Positions 6,954-15,994 of a stretch of DNA of 31,126 nt are shown here, piece by piece (positions within the stretch are counted from its first letter, which is position 1; every line of letters begins with the position of its first letter). The position numbers and the translations under genes are program-made. The stretch is from a virus. Its lineage: Duplodnaviria > Caudoviricetes. The stretch is from positions 1 through 31,126 of IMG/VR virus record IMGVR_UViG_3300046788_000279, one strand, 5' to 3'. Under the pieces are notes generated by a model, which was given only the letters and a program-made list of their open reading frames with translations, ran no database searches and had not been told where the DNA came from.

Positions 6954-7847
6954 TTACGCGTAGAAAATTATATAGTTGCAGATAATCGAGGGCTGCACGT
7001 TGTTGCTGCCACCACCACCGAAGTTAGAGATCGTGATGCCGGTCGTCGCATCAGTGATCTGTGCCATGCCTGACTGTACTTTGGACTCTGGGAAATCGAA
7101 GTGGTAGTTGCCCCCGCCTTGTAATCCTCCTCCAGTAAGAGGGTAGCTTATTGCAATCGGCGACATTGTATGAGTGTGACCGGTATCTGAATGTTTGTGT
7201 CCCGGATCGGTTAATGCATGATTATGTGTCTGTAAAAGCTCACTTCCCCCCATAGCCCCGACGGTAGCACCGTCAACCCCGCTGTTGCCTGAGGTGATCC
7301 GCCCGGCAGCGACTCCGCCGAGATTGTCTCTGCCCACCGCCACATTGCCCCTCAAATCTGGAAGGGCATAAGTCGTCGCGCCATCGCCGGCTCCGAATGT
7401 GGTGCCGATGACAGAGAAGAGGACCGAGAACGTGGTGCGTGATATCTCGCTACCGTCGCAGAACAGCCATCCAGATGGTGGGGTGCTCCCACCGAAAGGT
7501 ACGATAGCGCCGACAGGGACGTAGCCAGAGATCGAACCGCCGAAGCCGCTAGTAGGAACACCCGAGCAAGGGTCACAATCGTAGATGACCGCTCCCGCCG
7601 CGTCCTCTAGGCGTAAGCGGTACGCAGGCGCCGCAACGAGGAAGACCTGTGGGAACATTCCCATGCTGTTGGTGACCACGGGATTGGCATTAGCGATCGT
7701 GAGAGACACGTCATTATATGTGCTCTGCAGCGTACCTGTCCCGGTCGCATACGAAAAAAGCTGGGCCCCAACGAGGGGAATGCCGGCGGCATCAACCACT
7801 TGCTGGATAGGGAGCACCAGTCTGTTGCCAATTGCGGTACCGGACAT
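6954..7847 (-). CDS. Tail fibre protein with phage tail collar domain
   Basis: N-terminal virion-attachment-like domain (DAAGIPLVGAQLFSYATGT...NANPVV); collar motif VPVGAIVPFGGSTPPSGWLFCDGSEISRTTFSVLFSVIGTTFGAGDGATTYALPDLRG; HxH repeats; C-terminal NNVQPSIICNYII. Confidence 0.9.
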   Translation of the reverse strand: MSGTAIGNRLVLPIQQVVDAAGIPLVGAQLFSYATGTGTLQSTYNDVSLTIANANPVVTNSMGMFPQVFLVAAPAYRLRLEDAAGAVIYDCDPCSGVPTSGFGGSISGYVPVGAIVPFGGSTPPSGWLFCDGSEISRTTFSVLFSVIGTTFGAGDGATTYALPDLRGNVAVGRDNLGGVAAGRITSGNSGVDGATVGAMGGSELLQTHNHALTDPGHKHSDTGHTHTMSPIAISYPLTGGGLQGGGNYHFDFPESKVQSGMAQITDATTGITISNFGGGGSNNVQPSIICNYIIFYA

Positions 7848-7850
7848 TCC

Positions 7851-7880
7851 TTGTATCTCTGCCCTCTAACCTAGTATGAT
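7851..7880 (+). promoter_or_regulatory. Putative sigma70 promoter for the inverted HNH cassette
   Basis: TTGTAT (7851-7856), 18 bp, TATGAT (7875-7880), about 60 bp upstream of ATG 7941; GGAG RBS at 7930-7933. Confidence 0.55.
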
Positions 7881-7882
7881 GC

Positions 7883-7916
7883 GGGACGCGCCCGGTAGTG
7901 ACCCCGGACACGTCCC
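7883..7916. other. 13-bp stem-loop in the HNH leader
   Basis: GGGACGCGCCCGG...CCGGACACGTCCC; two C-A mismatches on the + strand become G-U pairs on the - strand. Confidence 0.55.
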
Positions 7917-7940
7917 TAAACCCCGCCATGGAGATGAGCC

Positions 7941-8486
7941 ATGCCGAAGCCTTTCCGTAGTCTACCGCCCCTGATCTTTCTACGCGATAGCCTCATATAC
8001 GAGCCAGAACTCGGCGCGTACAGATGGCAACGGTGGCGCCCACGAGAACACTTCCCAACCCAGAAGGGCTGGAAGACTTTCAATAGGCTGTTCGGTGGAA
8101 CGCCAGCCGGGGGTATCGTCCTCGGATATTGGATGATCCACATCAGCGGCAAGAATTACAGGGCGGCGCGGATCGCCTGGATGTTGATGACCGGCGAAGA
8201 TCCTGGCGCCATCGAGATTGATCACATCAACAAAAACAGTGCTGACGACCGCTGGGAAAATCTTCGGTTAGCTACGAGCGCGCAGAACTTGCGTAACCGA
8301 GGCGTCAACAAGAACAACGGTTCTGGATTGAAGGGCGCCTATCGCCATCGCAAGCAATGGCACTCACAAATCACAGCAGAGGGCGTCGTTCATTACCTGG
8401 GTTCCTTCCCCACCCCTGAGGCCGCCCACGCCGCCTACGTCGAGGCCGCCCGCCGGCTGCACGGCGACTTCGCGCGGGAGGGCTGA
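7941..8486 (+). CDS. HNH endonuclease with C-terminal AP2-like DNA-binding domain
   Basis: YEPELG; YRAARIAWMLMTG; IDHINKNSADDRWENLRLATSAQNLRN; GLKGAY...WHSQI...YLGSFPTPEAAHAAYVEAARRLHGDFA. Confidence 0.92.
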   Translation: MPKPFRSLPPLIFLRDSLIYEPELGAYRWQRWRPREHFPTQKGWKTFNRLFGGTPAGGIVLGYWMIHISGKNYRAARIAWMLMTGEDPGAIEIDHINKNSADDRWENLRLATSAQNLRNRGVNKNNGSGLKGAYRHRKQWHSQITAEGVVHYLGSFPTPEAAHAAYVEAARRLHGDFAREG

Positions 8487-8489
8487 GCG

Positions 8490-8864
8490 ATGACCGACGC
8501 CGATCGTCAGCGCTTGGTGAACATCCTCGGCATGCTCGGGAGCGCGCACCAGGGCGAGCGTGACGCAGCTGGGCTCCAGGCCGAGGCGTTCCGCAATAAG
8601 CACGGGCTGAGCTGGGCGGAGATGATCAATGGGAAGACGGTCTATGTCGGTGGCAATCCACCATGGCACACGGTCCCGGTCGAGAAGACTGTCTACGTCG
8701 ATCGCATCGTTTACGTGGACCGCACATTCGGTAGACAGACTATTCAGCGATGGAGGCGGTCGGTTGCTCTACCTTGGTCTTGGTGTGATTTAATCGCCTT
8801 CGGTGGCATCGCTTTCATTGTGGTCACCATCGCCTATGGTGCGGTCCTTGGGTCTTGGCATTAA
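8490..8864 (+). CDS. Hypothetical protein with C-terminal transmembrane helix
   Basis: GGAGG RBS; N-domain RLVNILGMLGSAHQGERDAA...GLSWAEMI resembles a common alphaproteobacterial phage family; hydrophobic LIAFGGIAFIVVTIAYGAVLG. Confidence 0.7.
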   Translation: MTDADRQRLVNILGMLGSAHQGERDAAGLQAEAFRNKHGLSWAEMINGKTVYVGGNPPWHTVPVEKTVYVDRIVYVDRTFGRQTIQRWRRSVALPWSWCDLIAFGGIAFIVVTIAYGAVLGSWH

Positions 8865-10915
8865 GGGGGCGGCACTGGTGGTGGCGGTTGAGGAACTTCT
8901 CCGCCGAACTTCCCCAGCGCCCCAGTGACACGCCGCTGTTGCAAGCGGCCTCCCACCCAATTCATCCCGCGCTGTGCGACATGTATTCCACCCGCTGCCG
9001 CAAGCGCAGGGAAGAGGCTACCCGATGCTCTGCCTTCGGCGAGAGCGCCACCCAGCATAAGCAGCTTGTTGCCGAACAGGTGCAGCGTTCCGCCGATCAC
9101 ACCGCGATTGGCGGCGTCTTTCAGCCACGCTTTCTCAATGTTGGAATACCCCCGGGATCTGGTTGGACTATCCAGCAGGGATTTGACTTGGCGCCGAAAG
9201 GCCGTCGTCGTGTCGCCCTCAACGCCCTCCGCGCGCTGCCACATACGTTCGATGTCGTCCATCTTCCGGTATATCGACCACGCGCCACGTGCGTTGCCTA
9301 ATGCCTGGAACCCGGCCGTGCCGCCGGTCGTGTCGCCAACACCTGCGTTGTCTATCGAGTGACGCAGATCGCTTTGTATCTCCAGGAGTTCCTTCCCTTC
9401 TTCGGTTAGGCGCGGCTTGTACTCTCTGCCAATGAGCCTCGTCAGACCTTCATCCATCTCCTGCACGGCATTCAACGTCAGCGGCTTGCCTTTGAGTGCT
9501 TGCCACCGCTGCACCATGGCATCGACTTCGCTTGGCCCAACAGTGGCCGCGCCGGCTTCTGTCTTTGGTTGGACGCGTTTGGTGATGTTATCGATGAAGG
9601 CGTCAGTGAACTGCGGCGTCAGTGTGCCACCGGTATCGTTGGCGGTCTTATAGAGATCATTGGACCACGCCTTCGCGTCTGCCGCCGTCCTGACCCTGGT
9701 CGGCGGTGGCGTGGCCGCTGGCGTCGCCGCAGTCGGTGATGTGGCGGTAGGCTCATAAACCTCCGATTGTCCGGTCGTCTGGTTCATGCGGAACTGACGC
9801 CCGGGCTGGAACACCTCATCCGGATTGACGGGTCGCCACCCACCCGTTGTCCCGGTGGTAGTGGACGGCGTGATGCGCAACCCCTCTCGTCCTGTGCCAT
9901 CGAAGGCCACAGGCACCCCACCCCACTGCTGCCCCTTATCGTCATACATCATGCCGTCTTTGACACGGACGATCGGCACGATCTTCTTCCCACCATCGGC
10001 GACAAGCTCGACCTTGTGTCCTGCTGCCAAAGCTTGGTCGGCGGCGCTGGACATGGCATTGCCGCCCTTAGTCATATCGAAGCCGGTGCCAGTCTCCCCG
10101 GCGTTTAGCATCCAGTCTCTGCCGAAGAAGGTTGGCTTGGCCTGTGGCGTGGCCCCCGGTTCAGGCGGCGGCGGTGCTGTGTCGTGCTGGATCAGTTGAT
10201 GCATGCGCTCCAGGTCGGTCATGCCGGCCGGGCGCGGTGGCGCCGTTAGTTCTTGAATGGTGCTTGGCCTTGGTGGTAGCGGCTCGGATGGCGTTGCCTC
10301 GTGCATGAAGGGCGCGCGCTGCTCGGTAAAAGGCACGCGCAACTCTGTCCCAGGAATGGGCGGACGCATGGGTGGGCGCAGGTGGCCTACGCCGGTCGGG
10401 AACGCTTCCGGCCCCGCTGCTAGCTCGTGGCCGAGTGAACCTGGGGTGAGTTCTCCGGAGATGCCCAACCACGGGACGTCAAGCGATCCCAGGTGAATGT
10501 CGGGGGTCGCTTCGACGACTGCCTGCTGGCCCCCGCGCAACAGGGCGCCGCCAGCGCGGAGTACGGTTTCGGCACCGGCAATGACCGGATTATAGAACGG
10601 AGCCGTTATCAGATCTCCGGGAACTCTCGGGATGTGCGGAACCCCCTCAGCGCCTTCGACGCCTGCCTGGAAGATGCGCTTGTACGGTTCGTAGTTCGGC
10701 GTGTAGTTGAGTTCCGCCGTCGGCGGGGGGAATAGCTCGTCCTTGGTCGCCCGATGTGGCTCCTGGGGCGGCGGCGCCTGGGTGGTGGTGAAGCTGGGGA
10801 AGAAGTCGGTGGTCGCGGCCGCTGGCGGCGCTGCTGTTGGTGGTGGCGCCTGAGCTGGTGCTGGTGCCGGTGCCGGTGCCGTCGTGCCGAAGCTGGGGAA
10901 GAAGTCCTCTGCCAT
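8861..10915 (-). CDS. Internal virion/DNA ejection protein (third ejection-gene position)
   Basis: ATG 10915 coupled (TGATG) to the upstream stop; Pro/Ala/Thr-rich N-terminus with DFFPSF twice; helical C-half with Gly/Ala hydrophobic segments; syntenic with P22-like ejection genes. Confidence 0.7.
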   Translation of the reverse strand: MAEDFFPSFGTTAPAPAPAPAQAPPPTAAPPAAATTDFFPSFTTTQAPPPQEPHRATKDELFPPPTAELNYTPNYEPYKRIFQAGVEGAEGVPHIPRVPGDLITAPFYNPVIAGAETVLRAGGALLRGGQQAVVEATPDIHLGSLDVPWLGISGELTPGSLGHELAAGPEAFPTGVGHLRPPMRPPIPGTELRVPFTEQRAPFMHEATPSEPLPPRPSTIQELTAPPRPAGMTDLERMHQLIQHDTAPPPPEPGATPQAKPTFFGRDWMLNAGETGTGFDMTKGGNAMSSAADQALAAGHKVELVADGGKKIVPIVRVKDGMMYDDKGQQWGGVPVAFDGTGREGLRITPSTTTGTTGGWRPVNPDEVFQPGRQFRMNQTTGQSEVYEPTATSPTAATPAATPPPTRVRTAADAKAWSNDLYKTANDTGGTLTPQFTDAFIDNITKRVQPKTEAGAATVGPSEVDAMVQRWQALKGKPLTLNAVQEMDEGLTRLIGREYKPRLTEEGKELLEIQSDLRHSIDNAGVGDTTGGTAGFQALGNARGAWSIYRKMDDIERMWQRAEGVEGDTTTAFRRQVKSLLDSPTRSRGYSNIEKAWLKDAANRGVIGGTLHLFGNKLLMLGGALAEGRASGSLFPALAAAGGIHVAQRGMNWVGGRLQQRRVTGALGKFGGEVPQPPPPVPPP

Positions 10916-13827
10916 CACGGCGCCGCCGCTGGTTTCTGATGGCCGCCAGGAGCCCACTGCGGGTCGACCCTGCGAATGATCGCCTCAGCCTCGGCTCGCT
11001 GCTCTGATGTGAGCTTGCCGTACCACTTCGTCAGCTCGTCGGCGCTACGACCGTTTAAGGCGTCGGTCGCCAGCTGATACACAGCCGGCGCATGGATGCC
11101 CTTTGGGTCTTTCCACTCCGCTTCCAATTCCGGTGATGCGGGCACATAGGCTGCCGGCATACCGCCCTCCTTCGTGTTCCGCCACGCCATGTATCGCGGT
11201 GTGAGCTTCGCCGTGAGCCCTTGTGCGTGGTCTAGGATTGCCTGATTGCTGACCAGTCCTGCGTGGAGCAAGTCGCTAATTGTTGCCTCCGGCATACCGG
11301 CGTGAGGCGAAGCGTGAGCGTTCATCTCGGCGAGGCCGATGCCATGCACTCCGCCCATCTGTGCTTCCTGCTGCAACGCGAGCTTGGTGAACTCCTTGAC
11401 AGCAGCATCTCGATCGCCGGCAGAGGAGAAGTCTAAATGGAGGTAGTCCTTCATATCCTCCTGCCAGCCCTTCGATAGCCATGTATCGCCGAGACGGATC
11501 AGGTTGTTGCGCCATTCGGTGCCACTGCCTGCGGCAATGTTAGGCAGGCGGTGCAGGAGGTCTAAGGTGGTCTGGTTCACTGAATTGGCCTGCGTCGCCT
11601 GCGCCTGGAGCACGGCGTTCGTTTTGAAGTCCTCCTCGGTGCGCTTCTCGTCCGCAGAGGTAAACGTCTCCTGGCCCGGCATCGCCTGAGGCTGCACCGC
11701 TGTTGGTGGTCCGGATGTTCCTGGCGGCTGCGATATGGTTCCAGCTGGTGGCGCTGTAGCCGCTGGTGGTGTGGTGGCTGGTGGTGTGGTGGCTGGTGGT
11801 GTTTGCCCAGCTCCTGGCCCCGCCACCGGGGTGCTGCCGGGCGGCAGGCCGCGCGCCGCCAGGATGTGGGTGGGGGTGATCGCATCGGTGCCGGCCACCC
11901 TCCTGGTATAGGCCACGAAGCCGCGCGCCGTAGTGTCGCCGCCCAGCTGCGGATTTGCCGCGACGGCAGCCTTCAGCTCCGGGATATCCGCGAGCTTCGT
12001 GTTGGACGGATAGCGCGCCAGCGCCGCCACACCACCCACACCCAGCCAATGCGCCGCGAACAGCGACGCGCCGGTCGGTCGCATGCCGTTCTTGATGAGT
12101 GCGGCTGCGTTGTCGGAGGTGAGCCCGGCCATCGCCTCGCGCTCGTAGTCGCCGTTGTTGGCGGTGATGTAGCGATCGGTGATCTGCTGATCGGTGAGAT
12201 TGGTCGTCAGCTCCGGATGCTGCTTCTTCATCTGGGTGGCGAATGTGCCCGGCATGAACTGATACACGCCATTGGCGCCGGAGCCCTGCTTGTTCGGCTG
12301 CGCAACACCGCCGCTCTCGTGACCACCCACGGCGGCCATGTACCTCGTGTAGGGGTTGCTCTGGTCGGCTGCTCCCGGCCCCGGCGGTGTCGCAGGCGCA
12401 TTCGGAGCCCCCGGCACGGGGGCGGTTGGTGCAGGAGCAGTTGACGCTGGCGGTCTGCCTGTCGCGCCTCCCGGTATCGTGCCCGGCGCCATCATCGGCG
12501 AACCAGACCGGGCGGCGATTTCGGATGGTGTCGCCACCTCCGGCACGAACCTGCCGTTGACGATCCATCCGCGGTCGGTCTTCGTGGGCGCCCTGTCAGC
12601 GGACAGGTCTGGATTGAAGACATATTGCAGCCCGTTCCACGAGTAGCTTTTCTGCGACATCTCGCGGTCCCAGGCGTCTGTCTGGTCCTTGGTTTTGAGC
12701 CCTCGGAGAGCCGCCATCTGCAGCTCAGGGTGGTCGAACAGCATCCTGCCGTCGGCGGTGCTCAGGTAGCCCTGGCGCCACGCCAGATCGATCGCCTTGT
12801 TCCAGCTGGCCGGATCGGTGACGCTGCTCTCCAGCTGCGATAGATACTCGGTGCGCTGCTTACGTAACTGCTCTGCCGCCTCTATGGACCGCTCGGGGGC
12901 GAAGGTTATCGCCCGGCGATAGGCCATATCCAGCTCACGCGGCACGAAGGCACCGATAGCTTGGTTGTAGACGCCGGTTCTCGCGCCGGTCACGCTCTCC
13001 CTGGGGTCAGTGGCGCCGGGCCGCGGAGCGGCTGGTGCGGCAGGCGCAGCGTTGGGAGGGGTGGCCTGGGCGAGCTGCGCCGACGCAGGTGGGCGGGCGA
13101 GCACGGCTGGTGCTGGAGCGGGTGGCGGCGGCTGCACTTGCGGGTGGCTGGCTAGGTACTGCTCCTTGGGGACCATCTGCCCAGTATCAGGGTCTGCTAT
13201 CATGGCGTTCGGGTCGGCGAGCGCGCGGTCAACGGCGGGGCTCAGGGGTCTCCTGGCTGGCTCTGTGGTCGTGGCCCCCATCATGAGGGGGCTGTCAGCG
13301 GACACGCCGCCGAAGCCCAGCTGAGGGGCCGCTGACGCCAGCATGGCGCTACCCGGCGGCTGATACCCTGGGCCCGGCTGGGAACCCGCCCCAGGTCGCC
13401 CAGCTGTGTAAAGCTGACGGGTGCTGCCGCCGCCCTGGTCTGTGTCCGGACTGTCGCCGATAGGATGTGCAGCACCACCACCACCACCTCCGCCACCACC
13501 ACCTCCGCCACCACCACCGCCGAAGGGGGATTGTTCGTTAGAGATCCCGGAGTTGGGGTCTGGGGGCTGCAGTGTCCCCATCTTCAGTCGTGTCATCTCG
13601 GCATCGATCGCCGCCTTGGTGCCCAGCGCCCCGTAGTAGGGCACCTGCGCCCGGTTCAGCTCGGCCTGCGATCGCAGCACATCAGGCTGCTGCCGCTCGG
13701 TCGCCGTCTGCGCCTCGATCAGCGGGATACCCGCATACGTCTTGGAGACGTCGGCCATCGACTGCGGCAGGGTCGAGGTGAGGTACTGGGCACCCCGGAA
13801 CGGCATGTCGAGCAGTGACCAGCTCAT
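10915..13827 (-). CDS. Large DNA ejection protein with lytic transglycosylase/lysozyme-like domain
   Basis: 970 aa; HESGG...SGANGVYQFMPGTF...LFAAHWLGVGG motifs (~11900-12350) flanked by Pro/Ala-rich linkers; follows the gp7-like gene. Confidence 0.8.
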   Translation of the reverse strand: MSWSLLDMPFRGAQYLTSTLPQSMADVSKTYAGIPLIEAQTATERQQPDVLRSQAELNRAQVPYYGALGTKAAIDAEMTRLKMGTLQPPDPNSGISNEQSPFGGGGGGGGGGGGGGGGAAHPIGDSPDTDQGGGSTRQLYTAGRPGAGSQPGPGYQPPGSAMLASAAPQLGFGGVSADSPLMMGATTTEPARRPLSPAVDRALADPNAMIADPDTGQMVPKEQYLASHPQVQPPPPAPAPAVLARPPASAQLAQATPPNAAPAAPAAPRPGATDPRESVTGARTGVYNQAIGAFVPRELDMAYRRAITFAPERSIEAAEQLRKQRTEYLSQLESSVTDPASWNKAIDLAWRQGYLSTADGRMLFDHPELQMAALRGLKTKDQTDAWDREMSQKSYSWNGLQYVFNPDLSADRAPTKTDRGWIVNGRFVPEVATPSEIAARSGSPMMAPGTIPGGATGRPPASTAPAPTAPVPGAPNAPATPPGPGAADQSNPYTRYMAAVGGHESGGVAQPNKQGSGANGVYQFMPGTFATQMKKQHPELTTNLTDQQITDRYITANNGDYEREAMAGLTSDNAAALIKNGMRPTGASLFAAHWLGVGGVAALARYPSNTKLADIPELKAAVAANPQLGGDTTARGFVAYTRRVAGTDAITPTHILAARGLPPGSTPVAGPGAGQTPPATTPPATTPPAATAPPAGTISQPPGTSGPPTAVQPQAMPGQETFTSADEKRTEEDFKTNAVLQAQATQANSVNQTTLDLLHRLPNIAAGSGTEWRNNLIRLGDTWLSKGWQEDMKDYLHLDFSSAGDRDAAVKEFTKLALQQEAQMGGVHGIGLAEMNAHASPHAGMPEATISDLLHAGLVSNQAILDHAQGLTAKLTPRYMAWRNTKEGGMPAAYVPASPELEAEWKDPKGIHAPAVYQLATDALNGRSADELTKWYGKLTSEQRAEAEAIIRRVDPQWAPGGHQKPAAAP
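11762..11802. repeat. 15-bp tandem repeat encoding (TTPPA)n linker
   Basis: GCTGGTGGTGTGGTG, about 2.7 copies; in frame. Confidence 0.7.
13474..13521. repeat. Poly-Gly tract (16 Gly)
   Basis: ACC-rich run on + containing a repeated 15-bp CCACCACCACCTCCG unit; in frame. Confidence 0.85.
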
Positions 13828-13873
13828 GACAGAAATCCTTCGCGCGCGAACCGAAACTGCCTAGTTGGGTTCA

Positions 13874-13908
13874 TATCAGCCTTTTGCCCTAACAATATCA
13901 GCGGGTTA
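13874..13908 (+). promoter_or_regulatory. Two tandem IHF-consensus-like sites
   Basis: TATCAGCCTTTTG (13874-13886) and TATCAGCGGGTTA (13896-13908) both fit WATCARNNNNTTR and are 22 bp apart. Confidence 0.4.
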
Positions 13909-14712
13909 CTGAAGTGGCCGGAAGAAGCCGAGGTTCTGCAGCGCAGCCCCTCCTGGCGTGGTCCCTGTCGGGTCTGACGCGTAGCCGTAGTTGGTGGGGT
14001 CGTAGCTGCTGCTGGTCTGGCCACCGAAGGCGGTATCGGCGGCGCTGACGAGGCCGCCGACGCCCTTGAAGAGGTCGCCGACCCCACCAAGGGCCTTATT
14101 GACGCCGGCTTGCTGACCCATGATGCCGGCGCCGGCCGAAGCCGCGAGACCGGAGGCCGTCTGACCAACCTGACCACCAGCGGTGCCGCCGATCTGCCCC
14201 AGCTGGCCCGCTGTCGTCACGCCGATGCCGCTGAGCTTGGTGAGCGCGTCCATGTAGCTGCCGAAGTTGCTGGCGGAGTAGCCTCCGGCATATTTCCCGA
14301 GATCTGCCAGCTGGCCGCCCGACAAGCTCATGCCCTTCGCCGCCGCGGAGCGATCCATGGTGTCGAGGTTCTGCTGCAGCGGGAATGTGTAGAAAGGGGT
14401 CTTGGTGAACTGGTTGTAGGATGCGAGGGCTCCGGAGCCGCCTGCGGCCCCCGCGGCGCCCGCGGTGTTGCCCAGGCCCAGGAACTGTTCCACGCCGCCC
14501 AACGCTTCCTGGCCGCCGGTAATCCACGGCTGCATGTTGGTCTGCGCAGTGCCGTAGACGGCCTGCTGGAACGCCATCGCCTTGTCCAGCTCTTCCTTCT
14601 GCGCCGCCGCGGCTTTGCCAGCCGCATTGCCACCCATGATGCCCCCGAGGATGCCGGAGCCCGCAGAGGCGACCGAACCCACCGCACCGATGATGCCGAC
14701 CGTGGCTGCCAT
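13906..14712 (-). CDS. DNA transfer/ejection protein, P22 gp7-like
   Basis: Gly/Ala-rich N-terminal hydrophobic segment; QPWITGGQEALG; PFYTFPLQQNLDTMDRSAAAKGMSLSGGQLADLGKY...YMDALTKLSGIG pattern; position after the GNAT. Confidence 0.8.
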   Translation of the reverse strand: MAATVGIIGAVGSVASAGSGILGGIMGGNAAGKAAAAQKEELDKAMAFQQAVYGTAQTNMQPWITGGQEALGGVEQFLGLGNTAGAAGAAGGSGALASYNQFTKTPFYTFPLQQNLDTMDRSAAAKGMSLSGGQLADLGKYAGGYSASNFGSYMDALTKLSGIGVTTAGQLGQIGGTAGGQVGQTASGLAASAGAGIMGQQAGVNKALGGVGDLFKGVGGLVSAADTAFGGQTSSSYDPTNYGYASDPTGTTPGGAALQNLGFFRPLQ

Positions 14713-15254
14713 TATGCGATCCTCTTGCGGTAGCTGACTTCCACCGGCCGGTAGCCGAGGAACCGGAACAACACACCGAGGGTGCGCCCGCCGCGCCCCG
14801 GCTTCACATGCAGCTTGACGCGGTTGTGGACCTCGGTGACGCTCTTCTCGCGCAGCAGATCCTCAGCCACCCGGAACAGCTTCACCCCGAGCCAGCCTGA
14901 CCGATGCGCCGGGTCGATGAAGAACACATCGGCTTCGGCGATCGTGAGGGCGTAGTGCATGTGCGGCGCGAGGAAGTAGACCACGTAGCCGACCAGCTCG
15001 CCGGCCTTGCGCACGGTGACACACGCCTCAATGCCGGCCAGTTCGAGCCTCTCGAACATAGTCCAATTGATAGCGAGCGGTGTCGTTAGATCGGCGCTGG
15101 CCTCGGCATAATGCTGCAGGAACAGGTGCTCGGCATCAGTGTCGCCGCGCAGCCAGCTGAACCTCTCTTCGTGGAACGAATAGCCGCGATGTCGCGCCAG
15201 GAGCCTGGGTGGCGGCGGCAGCACCGTGGTGTGGGTTTGCAAGGCAAAGGACAT
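14712..15254 (-). CDS. GNAT-family acetyltransferase
   Basis: VRKAGELVGYVVYF, DVFFIDPAHRSGWLGVKLFRVAE (motif A), LFRFLGYRPVE; usual position in podovirus virion operons. Confidence 0.85.
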   Translation of the reverse strand: MSFALQTHTTVLPPPPRLLARHRGYSFHEERFSWLRGDTDAEHLFLQHYAEASADLTTPLAINWTMFERLELAGIEACVTVRKAGELVGYVVYFLAPHMHYALTIAEADVFFIDPAHRSGWLGVKLFRVAEDLLREKSVTEVHNRVKLHVKPGRGGRTLGVLFRFLGYRPVEVSYRKRIA

Positions 15255-15310
15255 CGCTCGCGATCCTGCGGGTGAGGAGGTGAGCGGCCATTCCTATGCC
15301 GTGAGCGACC

Positions 15311-15994
15311 CTACCCGTCCGCCAGCCACGCGATCAAGCTGCCGTAGGCCGAGATGGCCCCGGTGAAGGTTGCCTTGATGTTGAGATAGACCGGCCAGGG
15401 CCCCGGCAGTGGCGCCACGATCGGGATCAGCTGTGCGCAGGTGCCGACCGACAGATCCACCCCGAGGCCGCCAGGACTGGCACCACCACCGAACCAGCCG
15501 GTGGCAAATGCCCCAGGCGCCGTCTCGATCACCGCGGTTGTCAACCCGACCGAGGCCTGCGCGATCGTCACCGAGCCTGAGCCGGTCAGATAGATCGTGC
15601 CGAACAGGACGTAGGTGCCGGCGTTCACAGTCAGCGTGGTGATCTGTGTTGCTGTGCCGGAAGTCAACGCGACGGCTCCAGCCTGGGCTACAGCCGCGCC
15701 GTCCGGCACCCGCAGCAAAGCGACACCCGCAGCGCCGTTGGCGCCCTGGGCGAGCCTGACGTTGTCAGCGAGGCCAGTGGTGAGGGTGTTCACCTCGCTG
15801 TTGAGCACACCGATGGCGTGGGTGTTGGTGGTGAGCTGATCCTGCAACCCCGTGGCGGTGGTCAGGCTGTTGCCGTGTGACGAGGTGAGCCGCTGCAGGT
15901 ATTGCAGGAACTCGAACGTGGCATAGACCCCGTCGCTGCCGGGTTGGGCACGGGCGATCGGCCGGTCGCCGTAGGCGATGGTCGTGCCCGACAT
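15311..15994 (-). CDS. Virion protein at the gp26 (tail needle/plug) position
   Basis: ATFEFLQYLQRLT N-terminal motif, short coiled coil (LQDQLTTNTHAIGVLNSEVNTL), beta-rich C-terminal knob; TGATG-coupled to the hub genes. Confidence 0.6.
   Translation of the reverse strand: MSGTTIAYGDRPIARAQPGSDGVYATFEFLQYLQRLTSSHGNSLTTATGLQDQLTTNTHAIGVLNSEVNTLTTGLADNVRLAQGANGAAGVALLRVPDGAAVAQAGAVALTSGTATQITTLTVNAGTYVLFGTIYLTGSGSVTIAQASVGLTTAVIETAPGAFATGWFGGGASPGGLGVDLSVGTCAQLIPIVAPLPGPWPVYLNIKATFTGAISAYGSLIAWLADG

Noticed and set aside
6940-6965. Bidirectional terminator at the early/late convergence
   Set aside because: Only 3 bp separate the stops and no convincing hairpin is visible.
13474-13521. Phase-variable ON/OFF switch at the poly-Gly tract
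   Set aside because: Repeat units are multiples of 3, so slippage would not shift the frame.
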